Notes under the pieces: generated by a model
Seen by the model: only the letters and a program-made list of their open reading frames with translations
Databases searched by the model: none
What the model was told of the DNA's origin: nothing
Part shown: positions 35,074 through 44,077 of the stretch, piece by piece
Position numbering within the stretch: position 1 is the stretch's first letter
Layout of the letters: each line of letters opens with the position of its first letter
Position numbers and translations under genes: made by a program
NCBI GenBank assembly: GCA_021108435.1
Contig: JAIOQY010000170.1
Location: 1 to 63,018, forward strand
Direction: 5' to 3'
DNA length: 63,018 nucleotides
Source of the DNA: Candidatus Aegiribacteria sp.
GTDB taxonomy: Bacteria; Fermentibacterota; Fermentibacteria; Fermentibacterales; JCC-6

Positions 35074-36561
35074 ATGAAGATACTCATTATCTCTTCCAAT
35101 AGAGAAAGACATCCCTGGCCGGTACCCCCCATAGGGGCTTGCTACATTGCTTCAAGCCTGGAACGAGAAGGTTTTAACGTTCAATTGCTGGACGTAATCT
35201 TTTCAGATAATCCATCTTCAGAGATAGCCGAAAAGATTCGACGGTTTTCACCTGGTCTGGTAGCCATATCGATCAGGAATATAGACAATCTTGACCAGCA
35301 GTCCTCCCGTTTTTATCTGGAAGATATAAAAGAAAATGTGATCAATCAGGTAAAGAATGCAACATCTGCGCCATTGGTGATCGGAGGTTCGGCTGTCAGT
35401 ATTATGCCGGAAAGGATTATGGATTTTCTGGATGTTGAATATGCCATATCCGGCGAAGGTGAGGATGCTCTGGTTCAGTTTGCTCGATACCTTGAGTCGG
35501 GATCCGATATTTCATCAATAGATGGCCTGTTATACAGGAAGAATGGAGAGATAAAAGCAAATCCTGTTGAAAGAATAGAGAATCTGGACGAACTGGCTTT
35601 GCCCCGGCTTTACAAGTGGATTGACTGGGGGAAATACCGGCTCAATTATGCCCCGTATCCCGTTCAGACCAAAAGGGGTTGTGCGCTGGAATGCAGTTAT
35701 TGCGCATACAATAAAATAGAAGGTTACCATTACAGATTAAGAGATCCCAAAAAAGTTGTTGACGAAATAGAGGAGATAGTTTCAAACTGTAAGCCCCAGG
35801 TAATCGAGTTCACTGATTCCACCTTCAACATCCCCCTGGAACATGCGATGGAAATCTGCAGAGAAAAGATCAAAAGGAACATAAAGGTATCATTCAACAC
35901 CATGGGAATCAATCCCGCCGGAGTTACAGAGGAGTTCGTTGCTCTGATGAAGGAAGCTAATTTCATGGAGATATCCTGCACGCCCGAATCCGGTTCTGAG
36001 AAAATGCTGAAGGCACTGGGAAAAAATTTCGCCGTGAAGGATGTTAAGCACACCGCCGCGCTCTTGGGCAAGGTCGATATACCGGTGATCTGGTATTTCC
36101 TTTTTGGCGGACCCGGGGAGAATGAAACTACTATCAGGGAAACGTTCGATTTTATCGAAAAGAATATCAGAAAACGAGATCTGGTCTTTATTACAAGCGC
36201 GATAAGATTGTTTCCAGGCTCACCGGTTTACACCTATGCTCGTGATATTGGCAAACTTCCTGATAGTATAGACATATTAATGCCGTTTTGGCTACAGCCG
36301 GAAGATATTAGCAGAGAAACGATGTTGTACATGATTAACAGGGAAGTGCTCACCCATGCCAATTATATCAACCTTCAGGACAATACTGATGAATCTGTTT
36401 TTGTAAGGGTTCTAAAAAAAGTTTACTCAATTTTCAGGATGAAGGAGCCTGTATGGACTAACGTCATACGAAGAGATATTATCTATAGGTTAACGGGCTA
36501 TAACCGATACAGATTGTGGAATCTGGAGAAAGAGTATAGAAAATTCTCTTTGAATTCATAA
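35074..36561 (+). CDS. B12-binding-domain radical SAM enzyme (class B)
   Basis: An N-terminal Rossmann-like B12 domain (KILIISSN...PPIGACYIASSLEREGFNVQLLDV...VAISIRN) and a CX3CX2C motif in RGCALECSYCAY. The ORF is open from TTG 35053, which overlaps the upstream stop. Confidence 0.8.
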   Translation: MKILIISSNRERHPWPVPPIGACYIASSLEREGFNVQLLDVIFSDNPSSEIAEKIRRFSPGLVAISIRNIDNLDQQSSRFYLEDIKENVINQVKNATSAPLVIGGSAVSIMPERIMDFLDVEYAISGEGEDALVQFARYLESGSDISSIDGLLYRKNGEIKANPVERIENLDELALPRLYKWIDWGKYRLNYAPYPVQTKRGCALECSYCAYNKIEGYHYRLRDPKKVVDEIEEIVSNCKPQVIEFTDSTFNIPLEHAMEICREKIKRNIKVSFNTMGINPAGVTEEFVALMKEANFMEISCTPESGSEKMLKALGKNFAVKDVKHTAALLGKVDIPVIWYFLFGGPGENETTIRETFDFIEKNIRKRDLVFITSAIRLFPGSPVYTYARDIGKLPDSIDILMPFWLQPEDISRETMLYMINREVLTHANYINLQDNTDESVFVRVLKKVYSIFRMKEPVWTNVIRRDIIYRLTGYNRYRLWNLEKEYRKFSLNS

Positions 36562-36629
36562 TCCTGGATTAAGAAGATTTCCTACGTGCTCTTAATTCAG
36601 GAAAATATTTATCGATAGGATAAAGAGAA

Positions 36630-37841
36630 ATGGTATACATAGGCATGAGCCAGGATACTGAATCAGAAAAAGCTGGCCGGGAAGCTGCCGGTGAGGCAAA
36701 AAACCAGATTATCGGTCAGGATTCAGTTTCCTGGGTACTCGCATTCTGCGGTGGGCGGCACGACCCCGACAGAGTGCTTTCCGGAATAAGATCTGAACTG
36801 GGCAATGTTGATATCTACGGTGGTTCTGCAGTTGGAATAATCACGAACAACTTACTTGGATACACCGGTTATGAATGTGGTCTGGCAGTATTTACAGCTC
36901 CTTTTCCTGTACCGGAAGCTGTAGTAATCGACGATATGAAAGCAGGCGAGTATAAGGCCGGTAGAAACCTTGGTGCTGAACTCGAAAAAATAACTGCAGA
37001 AGGTGACACCGTACTCGTATTTTACGATAATGCAAGGTCGGCTCCGCCTCCTGTGCTTTATACCGGGAGCCAGTTAATAGATGGCCTTTATGCCGGGCTT
37101 GGCGGGAACAATCTGCATATTATAGGTGCCGGCATGGTTGGCGAATTCACGTTCTCATCAAGTTTTATTTACAGCGGCAGCAGAACAATGAAGCATTCAG
37201 CAATTGCCATTGTACTTCCCGGAGAAAAACTGCAGCCTCATACAACACTTATGCATGGATGTTCTCCTGTTAGCTCTTTTCTGGAGATTACCAGGATAGA
37301 CGGCCCAGTTCTTTATGAACTTGATGGTCGGCCTGCAATAGAAGTCATATGTGAAAAACTTGCTATAGATCATGAAACTTTACCTGAGATCATCCAAGCC
37401 CTAATATTGACTATAGGGAAAAAGCATGGGGATATCTATGCTCCTTTTGATGAAAATTTGTATGTAAACCGCCTTATTATTAACTCAAATCCTGAAGAGG
37501 GCTCTGTTACGCTTTTTGAAGCGGATTTCCAACTTGGAACAAAGGTTCAGATAATGTCACGGGATAATCGGATGATGGTGGAATCAGTACAAAAAGGAAC
37601 TTCTGAACTGCTCGAAAACATCGACAGGGAAAAATTGAAGTTTGCCCTGTATATTGACTGTGCCGGGAGGGCTTCCAGCTTCAGCGGTTCTGAAGTTGAG
37701 GAGGCTGGCATTGTCAGGAAGATAATCGGGGATAGCATGCCGTTATTGGGTTTCTATTCCGGCGTGGAGATTGCACCGCTTCTGGGTCGCAGTCGTCCGC
37801 TGGACTGGACGGGGGTGCTGACAGTATTCACAAATGAATAA
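36630..37841 (+). CDS. FIST-domain sensory protein (FIST_N plus FIST_C)
   Basis: 403 aa, soluble. The pattern is typical of FIST proteins (VSWVLAFCGGRHDPDRVLSGIRSELGNVDIYGGSAVGII ... ALYIDCAGRASSFSG ... PLLGFYSGVEIAP). Confidence 0.7.
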   Translation: MVYIGMSQDTESEKAGREAAGEAKNQIIGQDSVSWVLAFCGGRHDPDRVLSGIRSELGNVDIYGGSAVGIITNNLLGYTGYECGLAVFTAPFPVPEAVVIDDMKAGEYKAGRNLGAELEKITAEGDTVLVFYDNARSAPPPVLYTGSQLIDGLYAGLGGNNLHIIGAGMVGEFTFSSSFIYSGSRTMKHSAIAIVLPGEKLQPHTTLMHGCSPVSSFLEITRIDGPVLYELDGRPAIEVICEKLAIDHETLPEIIQALILTIGKKHGDIYAPFDENLYVNRLIINSNPEEGSVTLFEADFQLGTKVQIMSRDNRMMVESVQKGTSELLENIDREKLKFALYIDCAGRASSFSGSEVEEAGIVRKIIGDSMPLLGFYSGVEIAPLLGRSRPLDWTGVLTVFTNE

Positions 37842-39930
37842 AAAAAATGATGATATTCAGGCTGAAAGGGATTTCTATCGTCGTCAATGTGACGACATGG
37901 GCCGGCAGATCCTGAGATTACAGCAGGAACTGACTCAGGTTCATAATGATGCAAAGCGCATACACACCACTACTTCCCTTATACTGAAAACATATGAACT
38001 TATTAATCATGATGTATCTGTTGAAGATATCGGGAAACGATTCCTCCAGGTTATTCTGAGCACAATGTGGGTTGATCGAGCTATGGTTCTTCGATACGAT
38101 AAGGAAGTTGAAGCTTTTATCTCACAGTATTATCTTGGTCTTAAGCAGGATTCCTCGTCGGTACTCAGGACCACTGACACTTTTCCTGAGTTCCTGTTCG
38201 TTAATTCGAATACTGAATCAACCCCTGTAACGGATTCTTTCTGCAATGCAATTGAATCAAAATATATCCTGTGGTATTTCAACCGGTACGAAGGGGTCGC
38301 TCTGCTGATTGGTAATGACATGGAGGATAGAAAATTCCGTCTTCCTTTCATGGAGAAAGACAGGGACATCATTGAAAGCTCCCTGAATGTTTTCATTGAT
38401 ATTGTCAGGCGAAAAGAAGCTGAGATTGCCTTGCTGGAATCGGAGGGAAGGTATCGCAGTCTCGTTCAATCTTCACCGGAGTCCATTTTTGTCTCCTGTG
38501 ATGACAGGCTGACGCTGGTTAATAATGCAGGGCTGAAACTCCTTGGAGCTTCCAGTTCCAAGGATGTTATCGAACATCCTTTACTGGATTTTATCCATCC
38601 GGACGAACACGAGATAATAATGAAAATGATTGCAGACATACTGGAGAATAATCACGAATCTCCCCTGACAGAGAGAAGGTTCAAAAGGATTGATGGCTCT
38701 ATTGTGGATGTTGAGATTGTCGCAATTCCCTTTACCTTCCAGGACAGGGCAGCAGTTCAGATAGTCGCTCTCGATATCACTGAGCGCAGAAAGATGGAAG
38801 AAGAACAGGCTAAAGTTCAGAAGATCGAATCTCTGGGCGTTCTTGCCGGTGGAATTGCGCATGATTTTAACAATATCCTAACCGGTATTCTGGGTAATAT
38901 TGACCTGGCAAAGACGTATTCCAACCCCGAAAGTGAAGCATATGAGTTTCTGCAGGATGCCCTGAATGCATCTACCAGAGCAAAAGAGCTGACCTATAAG
39001 CTGCTGACCTTTTCCAAAGGTGGATCACCCTTGAAGAAATCCACCTCAATAGCGGAGATAATCACCGATTCTGTCAATTTTATCCTTAGTGGTTCCAGTA
39101 TCAAGTATGAATATTCTCAACCCGATGACCTCTGGCCAGTTGATATAGATGTCGTTCAGTTCAGACAGGTAATTGAGAACCTCACTATTAATGCACAGCA
39201 GGCGATGCAGAATGGAGGTGTCTTAACGATCAGGACAGAGAATGCAGGTTCAGACACCGAGCAGATTCCTTCCCGAAGCATTAAAAGATATGTGAAGCTG
39301 ACGGTTAAAGACAGCGGAGTCGGTATCCCTGAAGAGAATCTTCAAAAGATATTTGATCCGTACTTCACAACAAAGGAAAAAGGAAACGGTCTCGGTCTCG
39401 CAACTGCCTATTCCATAATAAAAAAGCATGAAGGATTGATCAGAGTTGAATCTACGATTGGTGAAGGTACGACTTTTTTCATTAATATTCCCGCTTCAGA
39501 TAAGAAACCTTCAGCCAGAAAAACAAATTTAGCTGATATGAAAGCCGGCGAAGGGTATATTCTGATAATGGATGATGATAGAACTGTCAGAATGGTTGCT
39601 CTCGGAATGTTAAAGAGTTCAGGTTTTGAAGCGGTCAGTGCTAAGGATGGACAGGAAGCAATTGAGCTTTATACCGCTGCCGGAAATTCAGATAAACCGT
39701 TTGATGTTGTTATTCTGGACCTGACCGTACCTGGAGGTATGGGGGGACAGGAGACAGTTAAGAAACTGCTGGAGATAGATCCGGATGTTAAGGCGGTCGT
39801 TTCAAGCGGATACGCAAAGGATCCAATACTGGCCAACTATAAAGACTATGGATTTAAAGGTATTATTCCAAAACCATTCAATATTAAAGAACTATGCAAG
39901 AGCCTGCTTAAAGTAATGAATAAGGGTTAA
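37834..39930 (+). CDS. Soluble hybrid sensor histidine kinase (GAF-like, PAS, HisKA, HATPase, REC)
   Basis: H-box GGIAHDFNNILTGILGN, G-boxes DSGVGIP and GNGLGLATAY, and a receiver ILIMDDD...VILDLTVPGMGG...SGY. No TM segments. It overlaps the FIST gene by 8 nt. Confidence 0.85.
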   Translation: MNKKNDDIQAERDFYRRQCDDMGRQILRLQQELTQVHNDAKRIHTTTSLILKTYELINHDVSVEDIGKRFLQVILSTMWVDRAMVLRYDKEVEAFISQYYLGLKQDSSSVLRTTDTFPEFLFVNSNTESTPVTDSFCNAIESKYILWYFNRYEGVALLIGNDMEDRKFRLPFMEKDRDIIESSLNVFIDIVRRKEAEIALLESEGRYRSLVQSSPESIFVSCDDRLTLVNNAGLKLLGASSSKDVIEHPLLDFIHPDEHEIIMKMIADILENNHESPLTERRFKRIDGSIVDVEIVAIPFTFQDRAAVQIVALDITERRKMEEEQAKVQKIESLGVLAGGIAHDFNNILTGILGNIDLAKTYSNPESEAYEFLQDALNASTRAKELTYKLLTFSKGGSPLKKSTSIAEIITDSVNFILSGSSIKYEYSQPDDLWPVDIDVVQFRQVIENLTINAQQAMQNGGVLTIRTENAGSDTEQIPSRSIKRYVKLTVKDSGVGIPEENLQKIFDPYFTTKEKGNGLGLATAYSIIKKHEGLIRVESTIGEGTTFFINIPASDKKPSARKTNLADMKAGEGYILIMDDDRTVRMVALGMLKSSGFEAVSAKDGQEAIELYTAAGNSDKPFDVVILDLTVPGGMGGQETVKKLLEIDPDVKAVVSSGYAKDPILANYKDYGFKGIIPKPFNIKELCKSLLKVMNKG

Positions 39931-39936
39931 CCCACA

Positions 39937-41130
39937 TTAATCCGTAAACCTTATCTCGATTTTGTTTCCACCCATGCCTGTAATCTCGAAATCTATTCCT
40001 ATTTCCGGAGAAGCCAGCTCATCCATCACTTCCTGAGTCCCTATTTCAGATATTACTTCCAGTGTAGCTCTTGAACCGGTATAGTCCCGGATGATAACAT
40101 CCAGTACTTCCCTGAGCCTGAGGAGCAACTCGGATCTAAGCATTTGTACTCTTGTGTAATTCGAGTTTGACGCCAGAATAACCGTTACATTTTCTCGCAG
40201 GGTCCAGCTGTCCAGAATATCCGTTATCAGTTGATCTGCAGTAGTATCTACAGCAAGAATTCTGGCCTGATTTTCACTGAAGGGGACCTCGGTGGTTGTA
40301 GCTGCAGCGGCGAGCACTCTGGCAGTTCTGGTATTGATGGCCCGGCAGCTCACCTTATAATTATGAATGTCCCGAAGGGATCCGGCTATCATTCTGGAAT
40401 TGGTGCTGCGCAGAGCAGTACCGGTTATTACTATTTCCGCTCCGGCCTCAAGCCCGATGAGTGCTGCGGTCTGATCATCCCCCTCAAGAATGAGTCTGAG
40501 CTGATCCCGCCGGAGGATTTCTTCAACCGTGGCGGCGTCAACTACAGGGAAGCCTTTCTGCCGGAAGTGATCCAGCAGCATGGTTTCAAACATGATGCCG
40601 TCCATAAGTCTGTCTTCATTCGATAATCCGGATAGTTCATCAAGCTCCCTGACAACAACCATCAGTCTTGGTCTGTTCTGTTCGCTCAGCAGGATTCCTA
40701 TGGCAGCCAGGTCGTTCTCAATATTTCCTGTGTTTACAACCGCTCTGATCACAACCCGATAGAGGTCATCATCCTGTTCCTCATGGATTATCCGGTAGCT
40801 TACTACATACCCATGTGTCCTGGAGTAGATACGGTCGGAGAGAAGCTGGAGGTTCTCTACCTGTGTCTCAGCATCGATATAAGCTCCGACTCCTTGTTCC
40901 ACCGCTTTTCTGAGAGCATCATCAAGAGCATTGTCACGTGCAATATCCCATCCTCCCTGAACTGTCAGAGCGGAGACACCCTCTGTCAGTACTTCAATCT
41001 CTTCTTCGCAGCAAACCCCTGATTCCTCAGGTGCCGTCTCAGCAACGGAAAAAGAGGATGAGTCAGACATCAGAACCTGCTGTGAACACCCAGCCGCGAG
41101 ACAGATGAATACCAGTATTGTCCATTTCAT
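39937..41130 (-). CDS. Lipoprotein with an LPP20/FlgT-N-like domain followed by a CsgG/LpoB-like domain
   Basis: Lipobox LAAGCS. ARDNALDDALRKAVEQGVGAYIDAETQVENLQLLSDRIYSRTHGYVVSYRII is LPP20/FlgT-N-like. FPVVDAATVEEILRRDQ...ALIGLEAGAEIVITG is CsgG-like. Confidence 0.55.
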   Translation of the reverse strand: MKWTILVFICLAAGCSQQVLMSDSSSFSVAETAPEESGVCCEEEIEVLTEGVSALTVQGGWDIARDNALDDALRKAVEQGVGAYIDAETQVENLQLLSDRIYSRTHGYVVSYRIIHEEQDDDLYRVVIRAVVNTGNIENDLAAIGILLSEQNRPRLMVVVRELDELSGLSNEDRLMDGIMFETMLLDHFRQKGFPVVDAATVEEILRRDQLRLILEGDDQTAALIGLEAGAEIVITGTALRSTNSRMIAGSLRDIHNYKVSCRAINTRTARVLAAAATTTEVPFSENQARILAVDTTADQLITDILDSWTLRENVTVILASNSNYTRVQMLRSELLLRLREVLDVIIRDYTGSRATLEVISEIGTQEVMDELASPEIGIDFEITGMGGNKIEIRFTD

Positions 41131-41139
41131 CAGAAGCTC

Positions 41140-42126
41140 CTACATAATTACGCGGAGGAGAAACCGGCCCGCGCTCAGAAGAAACGGCAGCCCGTCCTTC
41201 AGCCAGCCCAGTTTGTCCGAGTCCGTGTTGCTTAGAATGATGTCTGAACCAAGTTGACCGGTTATCCGGCGTACATTAAGTACCAGGGGGGATTGGGCAA
41301 ATTCGGGCTGATCCAGTATCCGGTCAAGATCTGATATAAATTGTATGGCCGCCTGCCCGCCGGAACCAAGGTAGGACGCATAATTTTTCGTGTCAAGCAG
41401 AAGTCTGCCGTTTTCATCGTAGATCTTAGGATACATTGAAGGCTGGAGTCCGGTCTGACCGCCGTCAATTATCAATCCTGAGTACTGTTCCAGAAACTCC
41501 CTTGTCTGAGGTGACATGGACACCGCGCTGATATCTGTACCGCCAAGTGCAGCACTCAAAGCACCTGACAGACCCTGGGGGCTGTGTATCTCCATTTCCA
41601 GTTCCACCTCAACGATACCTGTGATAGAGTCAAACCTCGCGGAGCCGACCTGCCTGGCGTTTCTTACAATGCCCTGCACACGAGTATAGATAACATCGTA
41701 GTCAGTCATGAAGTTTTCAACACGGGTCTCAGAATCCACCCGTACTCCCTTTACCAGCTCAAGCAGGTTGCGCTGGGCAACCACAACCGCCGCCCGTTCA
41801 GCCATCAGCAGGGCTTGAGCGGAGTTGGGATTACCTGTATCCACAACGCCGGTGCCAACTGCTCTAACGGTGTTGCCAGACCAGTCGATATCACCGTCCG
41901 ATAGCATTTCCTCGACTTCACCGGGAAGAGCAACCCCGTTTGCAGGGGGCAGGAGTTCCAAATCCGGAAGGACAATCGATTCAGCTGTCAGAACCGGTTC
42001 AATCCTGGCTGCTGTATGGACAGGTTCAGCTGCCGCAGTAATATGCCGGTCTTCGTTTGAAGTCATGGTTCCGCAGCCGGCAAGAGCAAGAAATATCGCG
42101 AATGTGATTAAAAATGCATTTCTCAT
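41140..42126 (-). CDS. LPP20-family (FlgP-like) lipoprotein
   Basis: Lipobox LALAGCG. VRAVGTGVVDTGNPNSAQALLMAERAAVVVAQRNLLELVKGVRVDSETRVEN matches the LPP20 pattern. Confidence 0.6.
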   Translation of the reverse strand: MRNAFLITFAIFLALAGCGTMTSNEDRHITAAAEPVHTAARIEPVLTAESIVLPDLELLPPANGVALPGEVEEMLSDGDIDWSGNTVRAVGTGVVDTGNPNSAQALLMAERAAVVVAQRNLLELVKGVRVDSETRVENFMTDYDVIYTRVQGIVRNARQVGSARFDSITGIVEVELEMEIHSPQGLSGALSAALGGTDISAVSMSPQTREFLEQYSGLIIDGGQTGLQPSMYPKIYDENGRLLLDTKNYASYLGSGGQAAIQFISDLDRILDQPEFAQSPLVLNVRRITGQLGSDIILSNTDSDKLGWLKDGLPFLLSAGRFLLRVIM

Positions 42127-42154
42127 ATTTGTTCCTTTCTATTCTATCGAAGGT

Positions 42155-42730
42155 TTATCTGGTCAGACCGATAAGGGCGACCTCAAGAGCCATTCTCAGG
42201 GCGCCTTCTGCACCTTCAAAATCATTACCCTGGCCTGTTGATGTATAGAGAACCTCGGAAGTTTCCACCGAGATGATCTTCACATGAAGAACTGCATCCC
42301 TCTGCGCCGGTTCATCATCCCAGAAACTGTCGTGGGATATCCGTGTAACATTTATCGTCATAACAGCTTCAGCCCCGAGCAACGTGCCAAGTTGAACGGC
42401 AGTTGCCTGGTCAACCACGCCGGAGTAGGAAAACTCCTGTTCATCAAGAAGCTGGTCGACAACAGTTCTGTCCACCACAGTGAATCGACCTGTTCTAAGC
42501 AGGGCCAAACCCGCGTAATCGTAGAGTCCAGCTGTCTGGGAAAGGCTGTATCCGAGGCTTTCCATTGGCGGCAGAACTGCTGTTCGCCAGACCGGTTTTT
42601 CATCAAATGCCGGGGAGATAGCATAGTCTACAGGCAAATGCTGAAGATCGGCCATCTGGATCGTGTTAAAACAGGAAAAAAGCAGTCCACCTGAAACAAG
42701 CGTAACCACCAGTATCAGTATACGTTTCAA
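42155..42730 (-). CDS. CsgG/LpoB-like outer-membrane lipoprotein
   Basis: LYDYAGLALLRTGRFTVVDRTVVDQLLDEQEFSYSGVVDQATAVQLGTLLGAEAVMTINV is CsgG-family-like. The start was set at in-frame TTG 42730 (GAAGGGAG 6 nt upstream), which gives the perfect lipoprotein signal MKRILILVVTLVSGGLLFSC. The ORF is open to 42952. Confidence 0.6.
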   Translation of the reverse strand: MKRILILVVTLVSGGLLFSCFNTIQMADLQHLPVDYAISPAFDEKPVWRTAVLPPMESLGYSLSQTAGLYDYAGLALLRTGRFTVVDRTVVDQLLDEQEFSYSGVVDQATAVQLGTLLGAEAVMTINVTRISHDSFWDDEPAQRDAVLHVKIISVETSEVLYTSTGQGNDFEGAEGALRMALEVALIGLTR

Positions 42731-43054
42731 TATAGGCTCCCTTCGAATATCAGAAATCTGAATTGGTGCAGCAAAAGAAGCAGAAGTAAACAGCCACAAC
42801 AGTTGCGGCTCATAATACCTTTTAAGGCTGTGTTTGTTCCCCTGTGTCCGGCTGGATTTAAGGGCTCGAATACATATTCTAGTAATTTTGTATGTAATAC
42901 TGGTCTTGAAGAAGAGAACCTTCTGTCCGAAAACCAAAGAGAATCCTGACAATAATTACAAGTAATACACTAAGATGGAGTTGTCGTGAGCAGGTCGGAA
43001 ATGACAGCATAAATGCCCCTTGACAAGACTGGTTTCAAATTCTATTTCATTGCA

Positions 43055-44077
43055 ATGCTTTACATCAGACGGGGTAATCTTTTTCAGCTCCTGGAATCCC
43101 TTTCGGGGGATTACAGGGTATTTGTGCCTTCCCGAAAAGGGGATGGTATTGCTTTCACTGCATTTGGTGATTCGGAAGAAGATTATGTAATAGGAGAATT
43201 CAGATCCTTCGAACCACTTAAGGCATTTTACTTTCTTGGACGTGAGAAAGTAGCTGTTGATTTCAGTCCTGAAAACCCTCGAAATGAAAAACCTCCCTGT
43301 ATTGTCGGCGTGAAATCATGCGACTTAAAAGGACTTAAAATACTTGATTTTGTATTCATGGATGATGAATACGGAGATCCAACCTACATGAAAGCAAGAA
43401 CGGATGGATTGATCATATCTGCTGACTGTACAAAAGCTGCAGAAACCTGTTTCTGCACCGCGATGGGTGTTAATCCCTGGCCTGAAGCAGAATACGATAT
43501 TAATTTGTCGAAGGTTGATGAAGGTTATGTTGTAGAGATCGGAAGCGATAAAGGGCAGAAGGTTATCGATGATCATATGGCGCTTTTTCAGGAAGCAAAT
43601 GAAGAAAAGATTGAGCAACGTGACCATAATCGCCTTGCGGTAAAGCGGCATATTGAGAAGAGTGTCGGGAAAAAGAATATACCTCCAGTTGAAAGACTCC
43701 AGCGCGTTGTCAGAAAGTATTATGAGTCTGATATCTGGTCAGAGGAAGCTGCTCCATGCGTTGAATGCGGAGCATGCAATGTAATCTGTCCGACATGTCA
43801 CTGTTTCCTTCTGTACGATCAGAAGTCTGATGGCAGCCTGGCCAGATACCGGATATGGGATTCCTGCATGATAAAGGATTTCGCACGAGTAGCGGGGGGA
43901 GAAAACCCAAGAAATCGATTATGGATGCGGCTAAGGAACAGATTTGAAAAGAAGTTTGATTATTTCCCTTCTGTAGCGGATGATATTGCATGTACCGGAT
44001 GCGGCAGATGCATAGCCGCATGTCCGGGTAAAATTGATATAAGACAGGTACTCGCAAGACTGGGTGCACTAAGATGA
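43055..44077 (+). CDS. AsrA / sulfhydrogenase beta-subunit-like iron-sulfur protein
   Basis: C-terminal ferredoxin motifs CVECGACNVICPTCHC and CTGCGRCIAACP. The size and N-terminus (LFQLLESLSGDYRVFVPS) resemble AsrA/HydB. ATG 43055 was preferred over ATG 43013. Confidence 0.7.
   Translation: MLYIRRGNLFQLLESLSGDYRVFVPSRKGDGIAFTAFGDSEEDYVIGEFRSFEPLKAFYFLGREKVAVDFSPENPRNEKPPCIVGVKSCDLKGLKILDFVFMDDEYGDPTYMKARTDGLIISADCTKAAETCFCTAMGVNPWPEAEYDINLSKVDEGYVVEIGSDKGQKVIDDHMALFQEANEEKIEQRDHNRLAVKRHIEKSVGKKNIPPVERLQRVVRKYYESDIWSEEAAPCVECGACNVICPTCHCFLLYDQKSDGSLARYRIWDSCMIKDFARVAGGENPRNRLWMRLRNRFEKKFDYFPSVADDIACTGCGRCIAACPGKIDIRQVLARLGALR

Noticed and set aside
36562-36629. Terminator after the B12-radical-SAM gene (CCTGGATTAAGA ... 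TCTTAATTCAGG)
   Set aside because: The stem is AT-rich with a 15-nt loop and no following T-tract, so the evidence is too weak to call.
42731-42952. Upstream 74 codons of the CsgG-like ORF (MSGFSLVFGQKVLFF...)
   Set aside because: An in-frame TTG at 42730 with a good Shine-Dalgarno sequence yields a textbook lipoprotein signal peptide. The upstream part has no signal or domain character and is better read as divergent intergenic or promoter DNA.
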